DNA of 64,000 bases from Acidobacteriota bacterium. GTDB taxonomy: Bacteria; Acidobacteriota; Polarisedimenticolia; SMYD01. Position 1 is the first letter of the stretch, and every line of letters begins with the position of its first letter. This document shows, piece by piece, positions 1 through 10,000 of this stretch. Position numbers and translations under genes: made by a program. The notes beneath the pieces were generated by a model. It did no database searches. It was given only the letters and a program-made list of their open reading frames with translations, and was not told the origin of the DNA. The stretch covers positions 103 through 64,102 of the forward strand of contig JBHHYE010000019.1 in the NCBI GenBank assembly GCA_046757405.1, written 5' to 3'.

Positions 1-270
1 TACTTGACAGGATCTCTCCGTAGTACGAGAGGACCCGGAGGGACGAACCTCTAGTGTGCCAGTTGTCTCGCCAGAGGCATCGCTGGGTAGCTACGTTCGG
101 AAAGGATAAGCGCTGAAAGCATATAAGCGCGAAGCCCCCCTGAAGATAAGGTATCCCTGACCATCAGGTCACTGAAGACCCCTCGGAGACCACGAGGTTG
201 ATAGGCCGGAGGTGTAAGCACAGCAATGTGTTCAGCTTACCGGTACTAATCGGTCGTGCGGCTTGACCAT
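1..270 (+). rRNA. rrl: 23S rRNA, 3' terminal portion (partial, continues upstream of window)
   Basis: Conserved 23S 3' domain strings: GTACGAGAGGACC, GCTGAAAGCATATAAGCGCGAAGC, TTGATAGGCCGG, GTGTAAGC, AGCTTACCGGTACTAAT; ends near ...GGCTTGACCAT. Confidence 0.9.
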
Positions 271-359
271 AGATTTTTTCCGGGGCGCCCCCGGTCTCTC
301 TGGAGATCGGGGGCGCTTCATTCGCGGGGAATAGGCAGCAAACAGTGCGCATCATAGGC

Positions 360-387
360 TTGCGGGGAAATGATTTCTGCGTATAAT
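360..387 (+). promoter_or_regulatory. sigma70-like promoter inside the 23S-5S spacer (TTGCGG-16 nt-TATAAT)
   Basis: -35 TTGCGG at 360-365 and -10 TATAAT at 382-387 with 16-nt spacer; an AT-rich hexamer stands out in a ~70% GC background; lies ~100 nt upstream of the spacer ORF. Confidence 0.4.
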
Positions 388-486
388 GGGCGCAGCTAAA
401 CAGCCCCAGGCCGGCCAAGAAAGAGGAGAGGCAGACCTTCCGCCGTCACGGAAAGGTCCACGGCGGGGGGTGTGTGCGAGGTAACG

Positions 487-1842
487 ATGTTTTTTCCAAA
501 GAGCGGGAGACGCGGTATCGTGGTGGCAGCCGTCCTGTGGGTGGCTGTCCAGGGCTTGGCTCATTCCCAGGATGCGGCGGATCCGAACAAGACGAAGGGG
601 AGGTTCTGGGATCGCATCCGGCTCGGAGCGACGGCTGGCTTCCTGACGGGAGTGAACGAGATCCGGAGCGAATCCGCCAACGTGGTTTCTTTTCGGGATA
701 TCCAGGTCGATCCCATGCAGTTCCGGTTCGAACCTCGAGTGATAGGAGATCCCGGACAACCGGGCACCGTCACCCTGAGTCCCGTGACGGTTTCGAACCT
801 CGACAACCTGGTGTTCAGGGTGCCGACGCTTTTCATCCGCGACCCGAGAAGGGATGAGGGGAGCCTGCAGGACAATGCGGTGGAGAGCAATGCCTGGGTG
901 GATCTGGATGCCACCTACGATATCAAGACCTGGCGGCAGGGAACCCTGATCGCGGACCTGTCTGTAGGATATTTCAAGGGCGAGGTCGGCAGCATCGAGG
1001 TCGCCGTCGATATCGCGGAGGAAGGAAATTTCAATCCCACGGAACAGGACTTCAGTCTATCCCCCCCCTTCGACCCTCTGACCAATTTTCAGTTCATCTT
1101 CCCGCGGGCCGGGACGATCACACAGGTTCCGATCAGCCTGAGCGGCGTATGGCAGTTCCGGCCGCGCAGTTCCTTCCGCCCCTATATCGGGCTCGGGCTG
1201 GGTTGGATGAATGTCAACCTGGAAAGCTCATCCAGTCTGGAGTTGCTCAACGAGCAGCTGAGCGGCATGCCCTTCAGCTGGACGGTTCGGGAGAAAGTCG
1301 TGGCCTCTGGAATCCTGCCACCCGAGACCATCACCGTGGACACGATCTCGGACGTCATGTACGTTGCCCAGGGGGGGTTGGAGTACAACGTGAATCGCAA
1401 ATGGTCGGTGTTCTTCACCACCAAGTTCATCTCGACCAATGCCCGCGTCCAGATTCGCGAGCTGGGTTTCGTGAATTTCGGAGAGGGAATCGGGAAATCG
1501 TTTGCTCTCAATGACGTGGATGGTATCGGCACTCGCGAGGCTCTGGTCAATCGGCTCTTGTCCCTCTCCGTGGAGGACGCCAAGCGGCTGATCGACGACA
1601 TCACGGAGGGGATGATATCTGACCAGGATCCGAGCTTCACTCTTCCCCTCGAGGAAGACGAGCGGGCTTTCAATACCAGCTTCCCGGTGGAACTGGGGAC
1701 CTCCGTGAGGATCTCGGTGCCCAACCCCATTGATCCCGGGAATCCAAACAGCGTGACCCGGCGGACCAAGCTCTTCGTCCAGGGAGGAGACGTTCAGCTG
1801 GATGCTCTGTCCATCGGCTTCGGTTTCAGATACAGGTACTAG
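487..1842 (+). CDS. predicted outer-membrane beta-barrel protein (unknown function) encoded in the 23S-5S rRNA spacer
   Basis: 452-codon ORF; GAGGT SD 5 nt before ATG 487 (GTG at 472 is an alternative start); N-terminal signal peptide (RRGIVVAAVLWVAVQGLAHSQD); C-terminus LSIGFGFRYRY has the classic alternating-aromatic OMP beta-signal ending in an aromatic residue; protein-like composition. Confidence 0.6.
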   Translation: MFFPKSGRRGIVVAAVLWVAVQGLAHSQDAADPNKTKGRFWDRIRLGATAGFLTGVNEIRSESANVVSFRDIQVDPMQFRFEPRVIGDPGQPGTVTLSPVTVSNLDNLVFRVPTLFIRDPRRDEGSLQDNAVESNAWVDLDATYDIKTWRQGTLIADLSVGYFKGEVGSIEVAVDIAEEGNFNPTEQDFSLSPPFDPLTNFQFIFPRAGTITQVPISLSGVWQFRPRSSFRPYIGLGLGWMNVNLESSSSLELLNEQLSGMPFSWTVREKVVASGILPPETITVDTISDVMYVAQGGLEYNVNRKWSVFFTTKFISTNARVQIRELGFVNFGEGIGKSFALNDVDGIGTREALVNRLLSLSVEDAKRLIDDITEGMISDQDPSFTLPLEEDERAFNTSFPVELGTSVRISVPNPIDPGNPNSVTRRTKLFVQGGDVQLDALSIGFGFRYRY

Positions 1843-1883
1843 ATCAACCCATGCACCCGATCCCGTCTTGATACTGGAAGTTT

Positions 1884-1999
1884 CCCGGTGACCACAGCGG
1901 AGGGGCCACACCCGTTCTCATCCCGAACACGGCCGTTAAGCCCTCCAGCGCCGATGGTACTGCACTGGTGACGGTGTGGAAGAGTAGGTCGTTGCCGGG
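1884..1999 (+). rRNA. rrf: 5S rRNA
   Basis: CCCGGTGACCACAGCGGAGGGGCCACACCCGTTCTCATCCCGAACACGGCCGTTAAGCCCTCCAGCGCCGATGGTACTGCAC...GAAGAGTAGGTCGTTGCCGGG matches the 5S consensus (CCCGAACAC, GCCGATGGTA, terminal helix pairing). Confidence 0.85.
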
Positions 2000-2002
2000 A
2001 TC

Positions 2003-3865
2003 TCAATCATTCCTTTCCCCACTGCTCGTTCCGGGCAGTGGGTTTTTTTTTGGACCGGCGGTGTGCCTTTTCTCCTGGCCCTGGCCGGCGATGGCGCGGA
2101 GCTCGAGGAGGAGAGGATGGTCCTGCTCGCGGACACGTGGAAGGAGGCGGGCGGCCTCGCGAGCCGCCTCGGCGTCTCGCCCCATGGCAGCCAGGGCGCG
2201 GCAGAAGACCAGGGCGGCCCGCACCGGAGGCCCGCCGGGAAGGTGTCCGAGGGCCTGGCGCGCCAGGGAAGCCGCCTCCCGTGGACGATCGGATGCCAGG
2301 AGTGCTTCGGCCAGGCGGATTTCCAGGGGCCCACGCTCGGGACTGAGCCCCAGAGCCGCGCGGAAGAGCATGGCGGCGCGCTGGGACTCGCCCAGGGCCA
2401 TGGCGGTGCTCCCCGCAAGATCCAGGAGCAGAGGGTTTTTCGGCTGTTCCCGGAGCAGGTCGGCGAGATGCCGTGCGGTCCCCTTGAAATCGCCCGCACG
2501 GTACCGGGCGAGGGCCTCCTGAACTTTCTGGTGGAAAACCAGATGCCGGCGGGGATCAGACCGGACCGCCCCACCCGGCTCGAGTCCGCCCCTCCCTCCC
2601 CCGAGATAGCCCAGGCTCCGCAGCTGGTCCAAGACGCCGTCCGGCACGGCTGCCGGCGCGAGAGGATCGCCCGCGCCTGCCAGACGGCGGATCTGGTCCA
2701 GGAGCGGCTCCGCCAGAGACCAGGCGGAACGGGAAGACCGCCCGCCCGGTGAACCCGCCGCGGCGGCAAGAAGGTCGTGCTGCTCCAGCGGGTCGTTTTT
2801 CAGGTCATAGAGGGAAGGATATGCGCCGAGCATGATCTTCAGATCACCCTTCTGGAAGGCGAACAGCGGACTCCACCCGTAATCGTCGGCCGGCATCAGG
2901 GTCTCGGCGTACGCCCCCCGGGGGGGTTGGCCCTCTTCGTCGAGCGGGAGAAGAGAGTGCCCCGGGTAGACGCCTGACGGTGCCGGGATTCCCAGAAGAT
3001 CCAGGAGTGTGGGAAAGAGATCCACCGTCCGCACCAGCCGGGAGATCTTGCGGCTCGGAAGCTCCGGGCTGGCCAGGACCAGGGGCACCGAGAGAGTGGA
3101 CTGGTAAAGAAACAGGCCGTGTTCTTTCTCGCCGTGCTCACCCAGACCCTCGCCGTGATCTCCCATGATGCAGATCACCAGGGAGCCGTCTCCCTTCCGG
3201 AGGGCCTTCAACAGTCGATCGATCTGGGAATCGGCATAGGCGATTTCTCCCTCGTAGGGGCGGCCGTGGAACAACTCAGCGAACGGGGGGGGCGGCCGGT
3301 ATGGCGCATGGGGGTCGAAGAGGTGAACCCAGAGGAAAGAAGGCGCGTTCGGCGCCTCGGACCACCAGTCAAGCGCCCTCCGGACCGTTTCTTCTCCCCG
3401 GCGCTCCCCGGTCCGTCCCACCGTGTCGTCGTAGATCTGAAAACCGCTGCCCAGGCCGTGACGCCGATCGAGAATCGAGCTCGAGACGAACGCGCCGGTG
3501 CGGAACCCATGCGATGTCAGGGTGGCGGCCAGAGTGGACTCCGAGGGTGGCAGGCGGCCGCGTCCGTTGACCCGGAGGCCGTGCTGCGGCGGGTAGAGGC
3601 CGGTGAGCAGGGTGGCGTGGGATGGGAGGGTGAGCGGGGAAGCGGATTCGCAGCGCTGGAACAGGACCCCGGTGCGGGCCAGGGCGTCGAAGGTGGGACT
3701 GACGCCGGGACGGCCGCCGTAGGCGCCGAGCCGGTCCGCACGGGTGGTGTCCAGGGTGATGAGCAGCAGGCTCCGGTGTGGCGAATGACCTCCGTCATGC
3801 GACGGACAGCCCGCCACCAGAAGAACTCCCAGGGCTTGCAGCAGTCTCTTGCTCCGACCTGCCAC
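2003..3865 (-). CDS. sulfatase-family (alkaline-phosphatase superfamily) lipoprotein with C-terminal TPR repeats
   Basis: N-terminal lipobox (LLVAGC), sulfatase motifs LITLDTTRADRLGAYG, SASPLTLPSHATLLTG, MGDHGEGLGEHGE; C-terminal half is TPR-like (ALGESQRAAMLFRAALGL...). Confidence 0.75.
   Translation of the reverse strand: MAGRSKRLLQALGVLLVAGCPSHDGGHSPHRSLLLITLDTTRADRLGAYGGRPGVSPTFDALARTGVLFQRCESASPLTLPSHATLLTGLYPPQHGLRVNGRGRLPPSESTLAATLTSHGFRTGAFVSSSILDRRHGLGSGFQIYDDTVGRTGERRGEETVRRALDWWSEAPNAPSFLWVHLFDPHAPYRPPPPFAELFHGRPYEGEIAYADSQIDRLLKALRKGDGSLVICIMGDHGEGLGEHGEKEHGLFLYQSTLSVPLVLASPELPSRKISRLVRTVDLFPTLLDLLGIPAPSGVYPGHSLLPLDEEGQPPRGAYAETLMPADDYGWSPLFAFQKGDLKIMLGAYPSLYDLKNDPLEQHDLLAAAAGSPGGRSSRSAWSLAEPLLDQIRRLAGAGDPLAPAAVPDGVLDQLRSLGYLGGGRGGLEPGGAVRSDPRRHLVFHQKVQEALARYRAGDFKGTARHLADLLREQPKNPLLLDLAGSTAMALGESQRAAMLFRAALGLSPERGPLEIRLAEALLASDRPREAASLARQALGHLPGGPPVRAALVFCRALAAMGRDAEAAREAARLLPRVREQDHPLLLELRAIAGQGQEKRHTAGPKKNPLPGTSSGERND
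2017..2053 (+). terminator. rho-independent terminator of the rRNA operon
   Basis: CCCACTGC-TCGTTCCGG-GCAGTGGG hairpin followed by T9 immediately after the 5S gene; lies inside the last codons of the convergent sulfatase ORF. Confidence 0.6.
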
Positions 3866-4009
3866 GGGGTCGATGGTAGGCGGCGGACCCCGAGGAGATC
3901 AACCTGGATGCGGCGCAAACCGCCCGCAGACGCGGTGTTTGACCGGGTGGCTCTTTGAATTGCCGGGGGCTGTATGTTACGATTTCGCCCTCTCCCTGGA
4001 GGGTGTTCC

Positions 4010-4753
4010 GTGTCAGGGCATAGCAAGTGGAGCACCATCAAGCACAAGAAGGCGGCTGCCGACTCCAAGCGAGGCCGCCAGTTCACGCGCTCCATCAAGG
4101 AGATCACCGTGGCGGCTCGCATGGGGGGCGGCGACCCTGCCGGGAACCCTCGTCTGCGTTCCGCCATTCTGGCGGCGAAGGGCATGAACATGCCCCAGGA
4201 CAACATCAAGCGCGCCATCCAGAAGGGGACAGGGGAACTCCCCGGTGTCACGTACCAGGAGGTCATTTACGAGGGGTACGGGCCGGAAGGCGTGGCCATC
4301 TACGTGGAAGCCCTGACCGACAATCCCAACCGCACGACGCCCGAAATCCGCCATATCTTCTCCAAGCACGGCGGGAACCTGGGTGCTCCCAATTGCGTCT
4401 CCTGGATGTTCGAGAAGCAGGGATGCCTGACGGTGAGGCGAGATGCGGTTTCCGAGGAACGGCTGATGGAGGTGGCGCTGGAGGGTGGCGCCCAGGATGT
4501 GACCGAGGAGGACGAGCTCTTTCAGGTGACGGCCCCGGTGGATGCGTTCGAACAGCTGAACAGCGCGCTCGAGGCCGCGGACATACCGGTCCAGAGCGCC
4601 GAGATAGCCATGATTCCGGGGAACACGGTGAAGGTGGCAAGCAAGAAGATGGATCAGCTGCTCCGGCTTCTGGAAGCGCTGGAGGATCAGGATGATGTGC
4701 AGAAGGTCTGGGGCAACATGGAGATGGAGGAACCGGCGATCTCGCGGGATTGA
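4010..4753 (+). CDS. yebC: YebC/PmpR family DNA-binding transcriptional regulator
   Basis: SGHSKWSTIKHKKAAADSKRG N-terminus typical of the YebC family; GTG start at 4010 (track ORF begins 3974). Confidence 0.85.
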   Translation: MSGHSKWSTIKHKKAAADSKRGRQFTRSIKEITVAARMGGGDPAGNPRLRSAILAAKGMNMPQDNIKRAIQKGTGELPGVTYQEVIYEGYGPEGVAIYVEALTDNPNRTTPEIRHIFSKHGGNLGAPNCVSWMFEKQGCLTVRRDAVSEERLMEVALEGGAQDVTEEDELFQVTAPVDAFEQLNSALEAADIPVQSAEIAMIPGNTVKVASKKMDQLLRLLEALEDQDDVQKVWGNMEMEEPAISRD

Positions 4754-4756
4754 GAC

Positions 4757-5302
4757 ATGGACCCATGCGGGGGAGGGATCCGGATTCTTGGCATCGACCC
4801 GGGATCCCGTCACACCGGGTATGGTGTCATCGAAGCATCGGGAAGGCGTCTGGCCTATGTGGATGCGGGTGCCATCTCGCCCCGCCTGGGGGCGCCGTTT
4901 TCCCAGCGTCTTCTCGCCATTTATCAATCCATGACGGAGAGAATCGAAGCCTTGAGGCCGTCCCAGGTGGCCGTCGAAGACCTGTTTCATTCCGTCAACT
5001 CGCGCTCGGCGCTGCGCCTGGCGCATGTGCGGGGCGTTCTGATCCTCGCGGCGGGGGCGGCGGGCCTCGCGGTGACGGCCTACGCGCCCGCCGCCATCAA
5101 GAAGGCCGTGGTCGGCTCCGGGAACGCCGCGAAGGAGCAGGTGGCCTGGATGGTCTCCCGGCTTCTGGAGAAGCCGATGGCGCACCGCACCCTGGATACC
5201 ACGGACGCGCTCGCGGTCGCCATCTGCCATGCGTCCCACCTGGGGCCCGGGCCGCGGCGGAACGGTGGTTCGGGCCGTTCCGCGGTCGGCAGATCCAGGT
5301 GA
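4757..5302 (+). CDS. ruvC: crossover junction endodeoxyribonuclease RuvC
   Basis: ILGIDPGSRHTGYGVIE... RuvC catalytic N-terminus; 4 nt after the yebC stop. Confidence 0.9.
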   Translation: MDPCGGGIRILGIDPGSRHTGYGVIEASGRRLAYVDAGAISPRLGAPFSQRLLAIYQSMTERIEALRPSQVAVEDLFHSVNSRSALRLAHVRGVLILAAGAAGLAVTAYAPAAIKKAVVGSGNAAKEQVAWMVSRLLEKPMAHRTLDTTDALAVAICHASHLGPGPRRNGGSGRSAVGRSR

Positions 5303-5925
5303 TCGCGCACCTGGCGGGACGCCTCCTGGAGCGAGCGCCGGGACGGCTGGTGGTGGACGCGGGAGGCGTCGGATACGAGGTGCTGATCTCCCTCAACACC
5401 TTCGCCGCCCTCCCCGCCGGCAAGGACGTGGCTCTCCACATCGCGACCCACGTGCGGGACTCGGCCATCACCCTTTTCGGATTCTCCGGGAAGGAAGAGC
5501 GGGATCTGTTCGAGATGCTGCAGACGGTGGCCGGCATCGGGCCCCGGCTGGCTCTGGGGATCCTCTCGCAGTTGCCGGTGCCGCGCCTGGCGGCCGCCAT
5601 CCGGGACCGGAATGTTGCCAGGCTGGTGGCGCTGCCTGGCGTCGGCAAGCGGACAGCGGAGCGGGTCGTGACCGAACTGAGCGACAAGATGATGGAGTGG
5701 GCGCCGCCCACCGGCGGCGAGCCGGTTGACGGCCGCTCCCCGGATGACGGAGACCGGCGAAGGGATGTGAGCCTGGCCCTGTCTGGCTTGGGGTACCGGC
5801 CCGCGGATGTCGAACGCGCCCTGGACCGGATCCTGGAGGGAGAAGGCGAGGCGCCGCTGGAAGAGATTCTCAAGAGGACGCTCCGCCTGCTCTCCCGCCC
5901 GCGAGGAGGGGGTCCCGCCCGGTGA
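5299..5925 (+). CDS. ruvA: Holliday junction DNA helicase subunit RuvA
   Basis: [28 protein letters not shown]...[11 protein letters not shown]...[13 protein letters not shown]; GTG start overlaps the ruvC stop (GTGA). Confidence 0.85.
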   Translation: MIAHLAGRLLERAPGRLVVDAGGVGYEVLISLNTFAALPAGKDVALHIATHVRDSAITLFGFSGKEERDLFEMLQTVAGIGPRLALGILSQLPVPRLAAAIRDRNVARLVALPGVGKRTAERVVTELSDKMMEWAPPTGGEPVDGRSPDDGDRRRDVSLALSGLGYRPADVERALDRILEGEGEAPLEEILKRTLRLLSRPRGGGPAR

Positions 5926-6962
5926 GACAGAGGCGCTCCCAGAAAGAAGACTCCTCGCCGGATCTGACCGCCGGAAGCGCATGGGAAGCGGAAGAGCAGC
6001 TGGAGGTTGGCCTGCGCCCGCGCACCCTGGGTGAATTCGTGGGCCAGACAGGGGTGGTGGAGAACCTCACCATCTTCCTGCGCGCGGCGCGAGGGCGGAA
6101 AGATGCCCTGGACCACGTGCTGCTGGCGGGACCACCGGGTCTCGGCAAGACCACCCTGGCCCGGATCCTGGCCCGCGAGTTCGGCGTCGGCTTTCATCCC
6201 ACCGCCGGGCCGGTCATCGAGCGAGCCGGGGATCTGGCCGCGCTGCTCACCAATCTGGAAGACCGGGATATCCTCTTCATCGATGAAATCCACCGGCTGA
6301 GTCCCGCCGTTGAGGAAATTCTCTATCCCGCCATGGAAGATTTCCGGCTCGACCTGATGATCGGCCAGGGTCCCGCCGCACGCAGCGTCCGGGTGGATCT
6401 GACGCGCTTCACCCTGGTCGGGGCGACCACCCGGATGGGACTGCTCACGGCGCCGCTGCGCGGCCGGTTCGGGATCGTCCACCACCTGGATTATTACCCT
6501 GCCGACCATCTGGCGGACATCATCACCCGCTCGGCGGGCCTCCTGCAGCTCCCCATCACCGCGGCGGGCACCCGCACCATCGCCTGCCGCGCGCGGGGGA
6601 CCCCTCGTATCGCCAATCGTCTTCTCCGCCGGGTCCGGGACTTCGCCGAGGTGGAGGGGGACGGCCGAGTGACCGAGTCGCTGGCGGTACGGGCGCTGGA
6701 GAGGCTCGGCGTCGATGCCTTCGGCCTGGATGAGCTGGACCGCCGCATCCTGAACCTCATCTGGAAGGGGCACGACGGAGGTCCGGTGGGCCTGGGGACC
6801 ATCGCCGCTGCGGTAGGGGAGGAAAGGGACACCATCGAGGAGATTCACGAGCCGTATCTGCTGCAGATCGGCTTTCTGGAGCGGACCCCACGCGGCCGCC
6901 GCCTGACATCGCATGCGATCCGCCACCTGAGCGGGACCAGCTCCTCTCCGGTCCTTTTCTGA
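5922..6962 (+). CDS. ruvB: Holliday junction DNA helicase RuvB
   Basis: [12 protein letters not shown]...[14 protein letters not shown]...LFIDEIHRL; AAA+ RuvB motifs; ATGA overlap with ruvA. Confidence 0.9.
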   Translation: MRQRRSQKEDSSPDLTAGSAWEAEEQLEVGLRPRTLGEFVGQTGVVENLTIFLRAARGRKDALDHVLLAGPPGLGKTTLARILAREFGVGFHPTAGPVIERAGDLAALLTNLEDRDILFIDEIHRLSPAVEEILYPAMEDFRLDLMIGQGPAARSVRVDLTRFTLVGATTRMGLLTAPLRGRFGIVHHLDYYPADHLADIITRSAGLLQLPITAAGTRTIACRARGTPRIANRLLRRVRDFAEVEGDGRVTESLAVRALERLGVDAFGLDELDRRILNLIWKGHDGGPVGLGTIAAAVGEERDTIEEIHEPYLLQIGFLERTPRGRRLTSHAIRHLSGTSSSPVLF

Positions 6963-6986
6963 TCCGGCGCGTTCTGATCCGGCGCG
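6957..6986. repeat. perfect 15-bp tandem duplication (TTCTGATCCGGCGCG x2) spanning the ruvB stop codon
   Basis: Read directly: 6957-6971 is identical to 6972-6986. Confidence 0.6.
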
Positions 6987-7027
6987 CCGCCGGGCGTCGC
7001 AGCCCTCTCGCGGAAGACAGCTGAAGC

Positions 7028-7059
7028 AAAAAAAAGCGGGGCCGGTTTCCCGGCCCCGC
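7028..7059 (-). terminator. rho-independent terminator, bidirectional (serves the giant protease gene on - and ruvB on +)
   Basis: A8 + GCGGGGCCGG-TTTC-CCGGCCCCGC; on the minus strand this is a hairpin followed by T8, 33 nt downstream of the 7092 stop. Confidence 0.55.
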
Positions 7060-7091
7060 GATATTTGCGGTGCGTTGGTGCGTCCGTGCCT

Positions 7092-10000
7092 TTACGGCGT
7101 GGTGGCCGGCAGGGATGCCGGCACCACACGGCCGCGAGAGAAGGAACCCGGAACGCCGGGCTGTTCTCCGCGACCCAGTGTTCCGACGACGCCGGAGGTC
7201 GGGTTGGTGGCCACGGCCAGGTAGCCGACCGCCTCGCCCGGATCCAGGGCAACGGTGGCATCGGTGCAGGCCGCCGTTGAGCCCACCAGCGATGCGGTCC
7301 CCTCGTTGTGCAGTCCGCCGCCCGTTCTGAGGGCCGCCGACAGGACCGATCCGGAGCCGTTACCGGTCAGGCTCGCCAGCACGAAGCCGTTGTGGTTCAG
7401 GTCCGCGGTCAGGCAGTTGATCGTGAACGGACCCCCGATGCCTGGCGGTGTCCAGGTCATGACCGCCGACGTTGCGGCTCCCACGCCCGGCCCCGCCAAG
7501 GCGCCGGTGCCCAGGCTGCCCGGAGTTCCGGAAACCTCCACTTCGTCCGCCGGCACCACCGTCAGGCTGTCGGAGCCCTGGCAGAGAGGGTTGGTGGAGC
7601 AACGCACGTCCACGGTGAACTGGGTCGTGAACTGCGGCGCCGCCCGGAGGACCGGGTTGGTGGAGAAGTCCTGAACGATCCCCGAAGGCGTGGACCACCT
7701 GTATTCCAGGAATCCGTCGACGCACTGGTCCGCCTGGAAGCTCGAAGCATCCAGGGTGACCTGGGTTCCGGAGACCGGTGTCAGGACGTCAGGCAGGGGC
7801 ACGGGTGTTTCGATCAACGTGCACTGCCCCTGGTTTCCGGGTTTGCTCGGATCGGTATCGACCGGGCAACCGTCTCCAGGCGCCGGCGCGACATCCGTGT
7901 CGGGGACGAGCTTCAGCGGCGCATCCACCAGGCCGGACATGGCCACGTCGTCGATCCGCCAGCCGCGGAGCCCGTCTCCTCCGATGCCTCCGAAGAAGTC
8001 GGCCCAGGTGAAGCCGATGGGACCTGCGAGCTCGATGGCCGAGAGGACGAACCGGACCTTGACGGTCCTGCCGCTGAACTGATCGAGGTTCACCAGCGAG
8101 TTCACCCAGACGCCGTTCCCAACGGACCCCAGCTCGCCGTCGGTGAAGGCCCGGCCAGACAGGGTCACATCAGTGGCGGACCAGTCGCCCATAGCGGACC
8201 AGATGAAGTTGGGGAAGCAGGACTCGTTGGGGCCGAACTGGCGGGTCGGGTCGTTGGGGTCGAAGAAGTCGTCCTCAGAGGACACGTCGTCCGCGTTGTA
8301 GGTGACCCCCACCGAGTTTGCGGCGGCCGAATTGAAGCCCGGGGTGTTCCCCAGGGCGGCCGCGGCATCGTAGAAGTTGTCGTAGCTCGCGAAGGAGCAG
8401 TTCTGGAACCGTTCGATGCCGAGGTTGTGGTAGTTGTTCAGGAAAGCCGGGACCTTCTGCCACGCACTGACCGGAGTGCCGTTGACAGGGTCGACCTCGG
8501 CCACCTGAAGCATGGCCCGGTCCAGGGAGATCCCCGCATCGATGACGAAGGTGCGGTCATCTCCCAGCGAGACGATGTGGAAGAAGGACAGGGTGGCGTC
8601 CCCCTTCACGCCCACGTTCACCTTGCCGGTGAAGGCGGCATAGAGCGCGGCCGTGAGGTAGGTGTCGGCGCCCGAGAAGCTCTGGGCGGCTTCCGTGCCG
8701 CCGTAGAGTGACTGGACGCCGTGGAACGCCTTGGTCGTGCTCACGTGGAACTCCGAGAGCGGGTTCGGCCGGCAGGACCCCTGCGACCGGTTCCCCTGGA
8801 ACTCGGGATCGTTGCGCGGACACCGGGTGCCATCCACCGAGGAGGTTCCCTCGGGGACGTCCGCCGAGCCGTCCGTGATGGTGGCACCGGCGGTGAGACC
8901 ATGCCCGGAGGCATCCAGGTACCCGTTAACCGCAGGGAGGTGGCTGAAGCTGGTGCCGGTGAGGACTCCCCCGGCCAGCGTTCCCGTCTGGCCGGCAGCT
9001 CCCTCGAACCCTTCGAAGTAGCCGACCTTCCCCGCGATCGCCCCGGTCCCGCCGGTCTGCAGGTATGCCGGCAGCGGCACGCAGGAGCCGTTGGGACAGT
9101 CGCCGGCGCCGTTGGGACAGGCCTGTCCCGGGTTGTCACCGCCCTCGCAGGCCGCGTCAGCGAACAGGTCGTTGGCCGGGAAGTTCGGATCCAGGTCCAG
9201 GTCCAGGTTCAGCACGAACTCCTGCGGAGTCGCGAAACCGGTCAGGGTCCGTTCGATTCCGAGACTGTCGGTGAACCGCCCCGATATGCCCAGACTGAAC
9301 TTGGCCGTCTTGCCCACACCCATCGCGTTGGTGTCCCCGATGACCACCTCGAACGGATCGGACGGAGGATTGAACTTGGCCACCGCGGAAGCCATGGGGC
9401 CGTAGAACGACGTGGCATCCGTGATGCAGGCCACCGCGGGATCCTTGGTGAGCAAGGTGATGGTGACATCCTCGAGATCCACCGGTTTTTGCGTCGAGTC
9501 GAGGCCGGAGTTGACCAGGTTGAGGTCCAACCGGATGGTCTCGAAGTCGTCGGGGATGGAGTCGTTGTCGGAGTTGGGTCCCAGGTCGGTGACCTTGGCC
9601 GTCACGAACAGGACATCCACACCGAAGAACTGGGTGAAGGCGGAGTCCGAGCGCGGGTTATCCGGGCAAGGAATCGGTCCCACTCCGCTTCCGGCAACGT
9701 TGATGTCCTGATCGGAGTAGTTGGCGGTCAACGCCACCGGATTGGTGCCGGGGCCGCTCTCCTGGATGAAGATCACGCCGTCCGTATTGGACGTCAGCCC
9801 CTTGGTGGCCGACACCTTCACGGTGGCCTGGTAGACGGGCGAGCCGAACGCGGTCTGGACCAGGTTGAACGTCTCACCCGCCGAGTCCGAGTCGGAGATC
9901 ACATCGACCTGGATCTCGGGAATCGAGGTCAGCGGATTGATGACCGCCTGCTCGTCTCCGGTGCCGGCGAGACCGTCAGGACCGAAGGCGGCGTTGTTGT

